From assembly GCA_021432655.1 (NCBI GenBank), contig MU271251.1, positions 62,001-95,317 of the forward strand: a stretch of 33,317 bases of DNA, read 5' to 3'. Shown in pieces: positions 1 to 10,926 of the stretch. The notes under the pieces were generated by a model that ran no database searches, was not told the DNA's origin, and saw nothing but the letters and a program-made list of their open reading frames with translations. The position numbers and the translations under genes are program-made. Position 1 is the stretch's first letter; each line of letters starts with the position of its first letter. This stretch comes from Atractiella rhizophila (taxonomy: Eukaryota).

Positions 1-488
1 TCCAAACATCCTCTCCTCTTTTATACTTGCCCATTCGGCGATATTGTTTCGGGGTTCACGAATTTGACAGCGTGCAGAACTCGAAGCACGGCACTGAGTT
101 ACGAGAAGAGTGGAAAGAATACGTAGACCCCAAGCTGCTCAGACTCTGTTTCCCCCCTCTGCCTGTAAATGCTTTCGGCGGGCCCGCTCAAATGCCTTGG
201 CTGACAATATGAAGGAACTGCTTGAAATCACTGCGCTTGCGAAGCGTTGCGGAACAGGTCTCAGCGGCAGAAAAAGAGATTATGAAGCAATAAAGTGGAT
301 GACATCTATGCCCTCTTGAGGCCGCTTCCCCGTGAACCCCTTACGCAACAGTGCACTTTTGACTGGGCAACAAATCGACGGCTTGTGTGCACTGATCGAA
401 AAGCACCATGATTTGCCAAGCATCAACTTCTTACGCTCCGCCAGCTTCACTTTTTGAGCAAGATTCATCTTCAGCCCCTAACATATGA

Positions 489-1230
489 ATGAGCGAGTTG
501 TCTTACTCGACCCAGCAGCAACAAATAACGTAAGCAACTGCTTATTGTAGGGCTGATTTTACACAGTAACCAACTCACCTTGCCCAGCATTTATCCCCAT
601 CCCCCCGCTTACTACCATGCAAAAATTACAGTCCCACTTAAAGCTCCAGCGCAGACGATGTGTTTCACAGTACCCTTCCAAACCCATCCAAAAGCCAAGA
701 GCCTTCACGAAGCATCCATTCCTCTGAGTACACAGCACATAGGCTGCCAATCCATTCAGATTCAGCGGTTCAGTTGATTTGAGTTAATACCATTGATGCA
801 CGTCGATGCGAGTCTTGATGATGCAAGCATCCTCTTCTTACTTCGAGTTGTGTCCTGGTTGTATGCATCTTCTTCTCCTGTTGTCCTGCATGTCAGTGTC
901 GAACAACCCAAATGTGTCATGCATCAATATGCAGGTTTGATGATCAGGAAGCGACCTGGAACGAGAACCCAGGCCGAGCACTTCCCTTTTTGCTTCTTCG
1001 ACTCGGACTTTCTAACTTGATATTACCTGACACATTACAGTACCTGATTGCCTTGGCTATGTGCCGGAGAAGCTTGAGAAGTCTGAGAGATCGCTCGCGG
1101 CTGCTGCTGCATCTCTCCGCAGTGTGAAATGTTCCCATGTTCCCGTCTTTGCGCGCCGTTATTGTTGTGATTGCGTGAGCGGAGTTCACTATTGTGATTC
1201 TGCAGCAGCTCCTGTTTCCATTTCATAATA
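489..1230 (+). pseudogene. Possible small spliced gene or decayed gene remnant of unknown function
   Basis: A canonical-looking intron at about 530-566 (GTAAGC..CTGAT..ACAG) joins ATG 489 (MSELSYSTQQQQ) in frame to ORF 580..777. Further candidate introns link it to ORF 793..1020 or 912..1127. No recognisable domain, and the 3' structure is ambiguous. Confidence 0.25.
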
Positions 1231-1568
1231 AGAGCGGAATTTGTTTCTCCAGGACTCCCATCCCCATCAGTTTGAATTTCAGGTCGTTCCCTGCCCTTTT
1301 TGGTCTCCTAACTTTCTTCACTTGGGCAATTCGAGAACTTTCCAGTGCTTATCTCTGCTTACAAGATCATTATTACTTGATACACTTGTTGTGGCGGTCT
1401 GTCCTTAGTTCGCCTAGCGCTCAGCACCACCAGCATATTTTCCGTGCAATCTTTCGCCATCAAGGCGCCATTACATTACGCCTTTATATATCTTCTCAGC
1501 TTCCGCTATTCTTCCGCACCTTTCAGCATAAATCGTTACCCCTTTATCCAATACCTGAACGTTCGAAT

Positions 1569-2642
1569 ATGGCGGAACACTCTGATTACCTACCAACCAC
1601 GGCCAACGGTCTGCAAGGCGAACATGCGAAGTCGGCTGTCTCCTCTGTCAGTTCGAACAAAGACGCCTCCGATTCGTTCATCGCTCGAATTCCCCTTCAG
1701 CGACTTACGCCGTGCCTATCTCGTCTGCCTCTCTCAGTTTCCAATGGCGATGGTAGCGCAAAAAGCCAGACACACCTTTCAGTGACGCCACCAGTAGCTC
1801 CCACACTCCTCCGAAAAGCGAGCGGTCTCAGCAATTCCTCCTCTTCCTTCGCGCTTTCCAGCTCGTCATCATCCTCTTCTAACCTTCTCGAAGGATCCTA
1901 CCAATCCTCAGTCCTCAGTACGTCGACTTCCGTAGACCAAGACGACTCCGGGAACGGTGATGGGGGAGCCTGCGACGTTAAATATTCCTCCGCGAGACTG
2001 CCTTCCATAGACGACGCGTCCGCTGCTCTGCATGTGACACTGAAGAAGTTTAGACCTATCACGCACTCATATGCAGATGTACCGTACAGAGAATGCTTCA
2101 ATTGGGACGCATTAGAGTTGGACGAAGAGATTGAGGGCCAATGGTTCGTCCTCCTGACTTCCCATGACTGGCTACGACGAGATCTCATCCTCTTATTTGG
2201 GCAACAGGTACATCGTTGCCTTCCGTTCGCTTCGAAAACCCCAGCTTGAGGAATTCAACAACTCTCTCTACGAAGCGGATTATAGAGCGCACGAAGAAGC
2301 GATCGCCAATGGAGGACTTTTGATGTATTGGTATGGATTGCCCAACGAGACCGGTATGCGTGCCTTGACAAGAGTGTTCGTCCGCTGACCGAAATATAAG
2401 GCCACAATCTCGCGACTTGCATCTGGCAATCTGAAGAACAGGCCAAGGCCGCAAGGTATGGAAAGGAGCATGCTAAGGCCATGTACCTGACGAGGGTCAG
2501 TTCAGTTCTTCTCCTGAGGAGAACAAAGCTAATGTGCGCTACCATGAAGGATTCGTACGTAAGGTACGATCTAGAGAGGTACCTACTCGTCAAGGAGAAA
2601 GGAACGCGGAAGCTTGAAGTAAGAGACTACGTCAAAGCTTGA
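1569..2642 (+). CDS. UPF0643-like protein (S. pombe PB2B2.08 family) with a Ser-rich N-terminal extension; 4 exons
   Basis: ATG 1569; introns 2144-2207, 2354-2400 and 2496-2549; TGA 2640-2642. The spliced product contains FNWDALEL..EGQWYIVAFRS, LYEADYRAHEEAIANGGLLMYWYG, HNLATCIWQS and YVRYDLERY, which I recognise as motifs of this family. Confidence 0.85.
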
Positions 2643-3606
2643 AGCCTTTCTATTGCACATCTGCAACGAGTCAAAACATAGCATCGACGTCGATGTCGAC
2701 ATCTTCGTTCTTTCGACCTTCACTTTATTTCGTTTGATTTGTCGCAACAAACTCATACGCATCCAACCGTATCAGTATTTCAATGTCACCGCAGTTAGTG
2801 ATGCCCTATGTGACTTATAATAATCAATTAGTAGAAAGTCAAACTTCGTCCTTCCAGTTGTTCCAATGAAGAAAGTTACAAACATGCGGTTCATGGTGAG
2901 TAGAAGACTGAAAAACAAACATCTCTTCGGAACGAAGAGGTGGAGTGTACTACTCATGGCAGAATAATCTACGCTCGACCACCTCCACAAAACACTACTA
3001 TGTTGTTTGAAGGTAACATTCCCTTATCATTGTGCACGGAGGTTTCTGTTCGAAATTGCCTCTTCCTTCACACGATGATCATTTACCTGACCGAATGATG
3101 GGCAATAACAGCGGGATACTAAATTGCCAATGCAGGCATCCTACAAGGAGATTGCTTTGCCCTGCAGAGACGCTGCGACTGGGAGGGCGTCTCACGGAAT
3201 TTTACATCTAAATATTCTCATATTATTTCACCCTCAGAAAGCGTCTACAGGATGCCATGGTAGGAGGCAGAAATGCCGGAGCGCACCAAACAATCTAATA
3301 ACTACAATGGGGCTCACGTTGAAATTAATCCAACCCATGCCGTGATACAGCAAAATGCAAGGGCAGAAAAGTCCTTGGTGTCTCCAAGAGACCCTTCTTT
3401 CTCGAACCATGCATCAAACCCACAGAGAAAAGAACCACAAATCGTAGTCTAAGACTACAACTGCAGTGATGGTCAATTTAGTTCCGCTCATTCGTGACGT
3501 TCCTGGTGACATCATTGGACTTCTGCATTCACATTCAGAACAAAACGAAAGGGCAACCTCTTCCTGCATACAACCACACCAGAAGCTACAGCAGCAAGCT
3601 CACAGC

Positions 3607-6529
3607 ATGCGTCCAACCCCCGATCTCATCCTCCAATTCTCACTCCCACTGTCCTCCCACGAGGCTGTAAAGGAATACACCACTTTGTTGAAAACGTTGA
3701 AAGATGCCAACTTGAAAGTTACGAGCAGGTGGGGGAAGAGTAAACAGGAGGTCTTGGTCTTTGTGAAGGCGAAAGAGGGGATGGTGAGAGAGTGGAGAGA
3801 GGCTGAGAGGTGAGACTTTGTTTGGTTCTTGTTCGCATTGGGAAGCGTTGGTGGCTTTTACACCGGGGTCTCGTTTACGTTGAATCTAAGTGGATCTGAA
3901 GTCACGTAAAGCGTTCCAGCGTTGTATTCTGTCTCACACAGACAGGTCTGGAGTAAGCGTGAAAGAGAAGTCTTCAGCATGGAGCGATTCACAGGCGGAT
4001 TCTACTTCATGCTGAGCTGCCATATTCGAGCAAGACAAAAATTATGGCTTAGGTTTTGGAGCTTCTAACAGTCAGCTGTATTGCTTATTGGTATGAGACT
4101 GTTGCTCCTCTGCCGTACAGCAGTTGACAAGACTAAATGAACGCATTCACCTCTTGGCATTCAGTCTTTAGAAGAGTAGTACCTGAAGATTGATTGGTTC
4201 AAGTTTGCTGACGGCCGCCTCACAGAGTATCCGATTGGATGAATGGCATTCCACCTTCTGCCACCGAGAACGACTCTTTATCAGCCCGCTCCTTCGTTCA
4301 ATCTCCCGTCACGACGGCTGAACGCATACGACTTCTGCACTCCTTCATCACGCACTCCAAATCCAGTTCAACAAACGGCATAACTGGTCTTGGAATCAGT
4401 CCTGACAATGGATTCCCACACCTCAAAGACATATTTCCACCTCACGACCACGAATTCAACCGTGAATGGCTTCGAGAATGGGGAGGCTCATCGGAGAACA
4501 AACAACTTTCCCTCACTCAGCTAATTTCTATCCCTGATGAGTCGTTGGTACGCATCAAGAATCACTTTGGCGAGTCGATAGCACTCTACTTCGAGTTCCT
4601 CCGCTTCTATTTCTTTTCACTTATCTTCCCGGCTATTCTTGGACTCTTCACTTGGGCAACGCTCGGAGAATACTCCTCCTTCTACTCTACCGGAATTATT
4701 CTTTGGGGAATCGTGTTGACTCAAGCGTGGAAAGTGCGAGAACGCAATCTCGCAGTCAATTGGGGAGTTGCTTCTACCTCGAAGGTGTTGATGCGTCGCT
4801 CTCATCAGTCAAAGAAAGAAGCTGCGGATGTGGAAAAAGAGGAAGATGACGACCATCGTGTATGGATTAGGAAGCAGCTTAGGATCTTTGCTAGTGTTCC
4901 TGCTGTTTTGGTCTTTGCGGCTTTCCTAGCTGCCCTCATCTCCTGCATATACACGATCGAGATCGTCTTGACGGAAGTTTACAACGGTCCTTTCAAGCAG
5001 TATCTGGTTAGTTCTTCTTGAACTCTGCGGCCTGTGACTGAGTTGGTCCTCAGACACTCGTTCCAACGATCCTGTTCGTTGGATTGGTCCCTCAGGTTGT
5101 GAACGTGTGGGCTACTACAGCCAGTAAGTTGGTGGAGTGGGAGAACCATCAACACCAAATCAATTTCGAGAGAAGTCTCACGTTGAAAGTCAGCTTCCCT
5201 GATCCTCTTCGCGCTCAATGTTGACGCATGTGCCAGATGTTCGCTCTCACTTTCTTCGTGTCATACGGAGGACTATTCTTGACGAGCTACATCTACGTAC
5301 GTCCTGCAGCTATAGTCAAACTAGCTAGCTCATTCATGCTCTGACAGACACCATTCGCATCCCTCATTGTGCCCAAGATCATTAGCTTCATTCACCTCCC
5401 GGTACATGCGGACGGCGTTGATTCTAAGCAAGCATTTTCCTTCAACATCAACTCGGATCGATTGCACAAGCAGATGTTCGCTTATACCGCCACGAATCAA
5501 GTTGTTAACACCTTTCTTGAGGTCATCATGCCCATCCTCACCCGCAAAGGCATGAAGACAATGCACAAGGTCGAGGACCGATTCAACGGCAAGGAGACAC
5601 CCGCGTCGGCAACGTTGGTGGATGATGATGGTCCAGATGCAGAGGAGAAGGAGTGGTTGAGGAAAATTAGGGAAGAATCGCAATTGCCTGAGTATTCACT
5701 CTTTGTCGACTTTTCGGAGATGGTTATCCAACTCGGCTACATCACGATTTGGTCCGTTGTGCTGCCGTTGGCGCCAGTTTTTGCTTTGATCAACAACTTC
5801 GTATGTTCTTCTTCTGGATTCTATTTGGGAAGGCTCATGAAATGTGACAGTTCGAGCTGAGAGGAGACGCCTTCAAGCTATGTGTCAATTCCAAACGTCC
5901 GATTCCGAAAAGGACAGATACAGTTGGACCATGGCTCACGGCTATGGTCCGTACTACCCCTTCATCTAACATATCTGATTTGTGACGGTTTGCAGGAATT
6001 TCTGCTCTGGATTGCGTCTATCACCAACTCATCTATCATTTACCTCTTCACTCCCCATCCCTCAAGCGAGTTCTCCAATTTTGCCACATCCGAACACTCG
6101 CATATCAACCCGGGCATCTCCAACACGACCTCCACTCTGACGGGCCGTGCGCTATCCTACGTCTCCTCCAAAGTCTTCCTTGCCTCCCAACACCCCCACG
6201 CGTACGAATCAATCAAAAGTGTTCTCTTTTCCTCTCTCCTCGTGGGACTCGCATCCGAACACGTTTATTTCATCGTTCGCTTCTTTGTCCAAACTGCAGT
6301 CGAGCGTCTCCTCTGGACGGGAGGGAAGGCGCATCGTAGGTTAAGGAATAACGAAGTGTTGGTCAAGAAGAGGTTCTTGGAAAGTTCTGGCGCTGGCACT
6401 GGAGCGAGCCCGAAAGGGAATGGCAGCGAAGGGTTTGTGGAGGTTGAGAAGGAGGAGGCGGAAGCTGCGTTTTGGAATTTTGAACCGAAGGGGATTGAAG
6501 AGGTGAAAAAGTTGGTTAAGAGCGAGTGA
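3607..6529 (+). CDS. IST2: Anoctamin/TMEM16 family protein (Ist2-like calcium-activated channel/scramblase); 7 exons
   Basis: Introns 3810-4225, 5007-5053, 5189-5236, 5297-5347, 5801-5850 and 5947-5995 give a continuous frame. Anoctamin motifs: IKNHFGESIALYFEFL, WENH..FERSLTLK, DFSEMVIQLGY..W..PLAP..ALINNFFELRGDAFK..RPIPKRTDTVGPW and SEH near the last TM. Confidence 0.93.
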
Positions 6530-6799
6530 TGGAGTATAATAAACTGCGTTTGTTTGCATGCAGGGTGAGACGAGAAACATTGATAGGACAGTCAGTTTTG
6601 AGGTTTAAGGAATGATAATGATTGTTGTGTAAATACAGCGATGCGCAAAATGTAGTACAGCCAGATATTCTTTGGAATGAAAAGGACTTTAGCGTGTTAA
6701 ACGACTTTTCGTTCGCGCCACAACTGGTGTCAGTTAGAGTTTGAACCGGCCTTCCTACCGTCTGCCTGTTTTCTCCTTTCTGTTGGTATTCTGTTTCAG

Positions 6800-8376
6800 G
6801 TAGAACCACCACCATCCTCTGTCTCCTATACTCTCGTAACATACCTCTCTGCAAGCGATTCACTTTCAAACTCGTTAATAGACGTTCGATTGGAGTCGAC
6901 ACCCGATAGCAAAATCAAGGGGAGGAGGGAAGGTTTTCGCCTAACATAATGCAGACGGAGGATACCGGAATGAAAGAGAAACCTTGGAGAAACCATTCTT
7001 CCAACAAGCCGCAGTAAGTCAACCAAGCCAAACAGGGAAAGCGTGATGACGTGATGACCGTTCTACCAGATGGCTGTTCCTGATGTAATGAATTTGTTGA
7101 GTTGTTGGAGCCGCGCTGCCTAACTACCCTAGAGCTTAGGGGTTTTAAACCTGCAAGCCCCTCGAGATGTGCGATTACTTCACTCATTGATTAATCGACC
7201 TCGTTCGTCGATCACAACAACAGGACGAGAGTGACCGGTCAGTGTGCATGCCTCCATCAGCCTTGCCCTTTGAAGAATACTTAAGGATGCTCCCCCACCG
7301 TCTGATGCTCCATCGTGGGCTTCCCACGCAGAGGACAGCCAAAATCAGTTCGTCAATTTCTCATACCTCGTTCGATGGATCAGATACTTGCTGCATCAAT
7401 CAAATCGGCAACTGCCTCGACTTCTTCATATAATACGACCAATACGAACAATCTAGGAACTGTGCCTGCAAGAGAGCCAATGTTAGCCCATTTCGCTCAT
7501 GGCGCACACAATTGACAAAGGACAGCTTAGGACCAGACACCGCTCTTATATCCCCATCTGCGCAAGGAGCATCTCCAACTTCTCCAGTTGTCCAACGTGA
7601 GCTTCAAAACATGTTCGAGTACAGCTGATTGATATTGGATGCAGCCAAAGCTGCACAAGAGTACTTAAGCTATTGTCACTTTCTACCAGCCTTTTCTCAC
7701 TGCTGAATAGAAGTTCCCATGCTGTCGCTTCCCACGAGTTTCCTCCTCTTCGAAATAATGCTGTTGCGAATAGGAGAGGAATTGCAGCTAGTCCATTCGA
7801 GGTGAATTTCTATATCAATAGCTGCTTGCCCTGCTGATTTATATACCAGCAAGATGGCCAGGCTGCGCTTCGCCTCCTGATGGAATACGAGGCGCTAAAG
7901 ATTAAGAGTCCAGATTACCTCCCCATTATCGTTACGGTCGTCGGAATGTTTATGGCTTCAGGAACGAAAGGTCAACAGGATCAATATCTCTGGCTCTGGA
8001 TCGCCTTTCTCCTCCTCGTTATCGGCGTCGCCTGGGTTGACGTCAGCTCCCGAGTCCACGCTCTTAACGGTAAACCTTTTAGTATTGCGTTCCTCTTACT
8101 TTCAAGCTGAGGAAAGCGGTAGCGGCGGAGCGACACAACGCTCCAGAACCGACCAGCCAATTAGTGCCGCTCGTGGTGTTTTGGTGTTTTCACCTTATAG
8201 TTGCCTATCAATTCACCTCGGAACACCTCGACGATCAGCGTAAGTGGGTGTTGCACCTGCTACCGCTGATTATCGCCGCATGGACAATTGCCATCGTGGT
8301 CATTCGTCAAAAGAGAATACGGCAGAGGATTTTCGGAAGCCAGCAGCAGAGACATCAAGTTCAAGGACGAGTTTAG
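6800..8376 (+). CDS. Orphan membrane protein with a micro-exon-encoded low-complexity N-terminus and about 4 C-terminal TM segments; 5' end uncertain
   Basis: The 3' half splices cleanly: introns at about 7597-7644, 7661-7710, 7802-7849 and 8070-8122 join ORFs 7880..8110 and 8164..8376 in frame. Hydrophobic stretches are YLPIIVTVVGMFMA, YLWLWIAFLLLVIGVAWV, LVPLVVFWCFHLIVAY and WVLHLLPLIIAAWTIAIVVI. Upstream candidate exons of 13-59 nt also chain in frame, but I did not find the start codon. Confidence 0.55.
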
Positions 8377-8807
8377 GAGCGGTATTCATAAAAGCCTTAC
8401 AAAACATAAAACGTACATAACAAGGATCTCACTCATCTTTCGCATTCACAAGTCGTTCAACAAAGTGGTTACATCATCAAATTTGTGTGGTATTCTCATT
8501 TGTTTGTAACCACTCCTCTTTCCCCCACTATTTCTGCTGTAATACTCTAGAGGGAAATCCATTTGCCAGTTCTTCACAATATCCGCACGACCAAAATCAT
8601 CAGAGAAGTGACACGACGCTTTCTGCTCTTACTTTCTCTAGATCTGTGGGTGTAAAAGGCGAGTACAAGGCTCTGCAAAACACACTCCGTTCGTGAAGTT
8701 CGCAGGATGTTCGCCGCGTTCCCAAAAAGCTCAGACGACCACCAGCACCAAAGACCCTCAAAGATTTCAAAGATCCAGTGTCCCAGGTCAAAACAACGAA
8801 CACTACC

Positions 8808-10334
8808 ATGTCGCGTCCTGCCTCTCCAACGCATGTCCGTCACTCCCCTCTTCCCTCCGCACAGGTCTCCCCTCCACTCCGTTCTGCGCTCAAGTCCCCA
8901 CGCACCTCCTGGTCCTATCCATCATCCACCGCTCCTAAAGTATCCATATCCAACAACTCCACAGCCATCGACAGCGAAAGCAGCTCGCTGATCGATACTG
9001 CGCCGAGCGAGTCCCGCTTGACAGAGGAGGATCATACGCTAGAGGAAGGAGCAGGAGATGGAGACGGGGATCGGACCGTCAGTCAGACGTCTCGACCTCC
9101 CTTGCACTCCTCTGCCTCTGAACCCCTTTCTACCGTCTCAAGCTCCTCCGGCTCTTCTGCCGCTCTCGCCTCTGAGGCGTTGGCGAAGAGATTGTCGCTA
9201 CAAAACAGTCGTGGAACCAGCTACACCCGAAGAGTGGGGTTCGATACGATGGAAGCTGCAGCTGTAGACCCTGGAACGGGAGGAGGGACGGGTGTCAACT
9301 ATTCGTTCTCTGTTAGTGCGAAAAGTGTGGGATATGCGAAGGAGAGAACGAGTCGGGAGTTTCTTGTCGCTACGGATCTGAATGAGTATTCCGTCGAAGC
9401 GTACGTCTTTTGTTCCTCCTTGGTGGTGTGGAACGAGGGTGGTTGATGTGTGAATTGATTTGTGTCTGAAGTCTGAATTGGACGATTGAGAATCTGGCAG
9501 AAGATGGAGATGAACTCGTCGTTCTTCGGGTGATCGAACGTGAGATCTCCTTCCTCTATTCGCAAATGTACCACTGATGTCTTGTTCCAATGACTCGACA
9601 GCCGGTTCTTCCTCTCATACAGCCTGGAAGGCATCGCAGGAACAAGCGAGAGAAGAGGCGGGACGTATACTGAAGAGCGTCATGGAAAGAAACGACGATC
9701 GGACATCAGTATGTTCTTTTCCTCCTGGTTCGCTTTTTTTCGCCGCGCTGAAGACGGTGCCCGTTGGGATAATAGATTTCAATCATTGTTGAATTCGCAA
9801 TTGGAAACATAGAAGAAACCATCCACAGGTTTGCTCTCTACACTACTCCTCCTTCGATGCCATTATGCTCATGTTTTGCGTGACTGATGATGAAAGGATG
9901 CTCGACGTTTATACCCCAGACTCCCTCATCGTCGGCACGCGAGGCCGTCAACCGTCTATTTGGAAAAGCGCATTCATGGGCTCCGTCTCCCGGTTCGTAT
10001 CCCTTCTCTTCGCCTCCTGCCAACGCTCAACCCAATGCAAAATAGATACTGCGTCGAGCGCTCCCCCGTACCCGTCGTCGTCGTGCGTCCCGAACGCAAA
10101 GTCCGAGCCTCCTTGGAGAAGAGGAAGACGGATCCGAAGCGTCGCTCCTATGTCTCACTCCTCCAGTCTCCCTCGCAATCTAGAACTTCGTCTCCAGCCC
10201 CTACGAACCGCGCTACAGCCTTGTTGTCGCCTTTGAGCCCGTCGCATCATACGAGGGAGGAGGAGTTTCCGATGGGAGAGGAGAAGAAGAAGAATAAGGA
10301 CTTGAAGATGAGCAGGTTCAAGACCATCAGTTGA
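8808..10334 (+). CDS. Universal stress protein (Usp) domain protein with a long Ser-rich N-terminus; 6 exons
   Basis: ATG 8808; introns at 9401-9471, 9540-9601 and about 9709-9776, 9828-9897 and 9993-10045. The spliced Usp fold reads FLVATDLNEYSVEALNWTIENLAEDGDELVVLRVIE ... ISIIVEFAIG ... PDSLIVGTRG ... MGSVSRYCVERSPVPVVVVRP. Confidence 0.92.
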
Positions 10335-10926
10335 TGAGAATGTGAACGGAATAAAGAGTACATGTAGAGGAATGTAACAAAGAAGTATGGGAATCTTCAT
10401 AGATTGAAGACTGGTTAGTAAGAAACAAAATATTTTATTTTGGGGCTCATACTTTGTACGATTATTCGACGATCTGCTCATGAATATTGTATGCTCGTTT
10501 CATGAAACAGTGATTAGCGGGTTTCGTTTGATACCGACTATGAACTGGTACGGACAAGGGGCGTCAACTCGATCCGCGATTGATTTTGAATTGTCGTGCT
10601 GCAAACATCGATGCCGTTTTTGGACGAACATGCATGAACTCTGCTGTTGATAAGTTTATCACATAAAATTGGCTTCGGACCTGAATTTCGTTATCTTTGT
10701 CTGAGAGGGTGACGACTGTCAAATGTGAGGAGGAAGCGAGAACTGTGCTTGATTTTACATTCTGTGAGTTTTCAACTTAACGAATCATTAATCGATCATT
10801 CCGCTAGAATTACAAGTAACTTTGATCGACGTTCCAGCAATGACGTGTAGTGGTCTACATAGAGACAACGAATAGAAAGATTTTGTTGCATTTTTTTGGT
10901 TAAAGCCGGGGTATTGAAGGACGAAC

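Noticed and set aside
1194..1568. 125-codon N-terminal extension of the 351-aa ORF
   Set aside because: It starts at GTG and is pyrimidine-rich, promoter/UTR-like sequence. The first ATG is at 1569.
2770..3460. Short ORFs, an intron-like segment (about 3012-3111) and a GTAGTCT-A-AGACTAC palindrome (3444-3458)
   Set aside because: No consistent spliced reading frame or recognisable product, and the palindrome length is within chance expectation.
7043..7058. Tandem GTGATGAC x2 resembling snoRNA box C
   Set aside because: It lies in a 56-nt intron with no downstream CTGA box D, too small to host a C/D snoRNA.
10648..10661. Inverted GATA pair TGATAA-GT-TTATCA
   Set aside because: It sits between two convergent 3' ends and lacks the ATC extension of the ATCWGATAA consensus.
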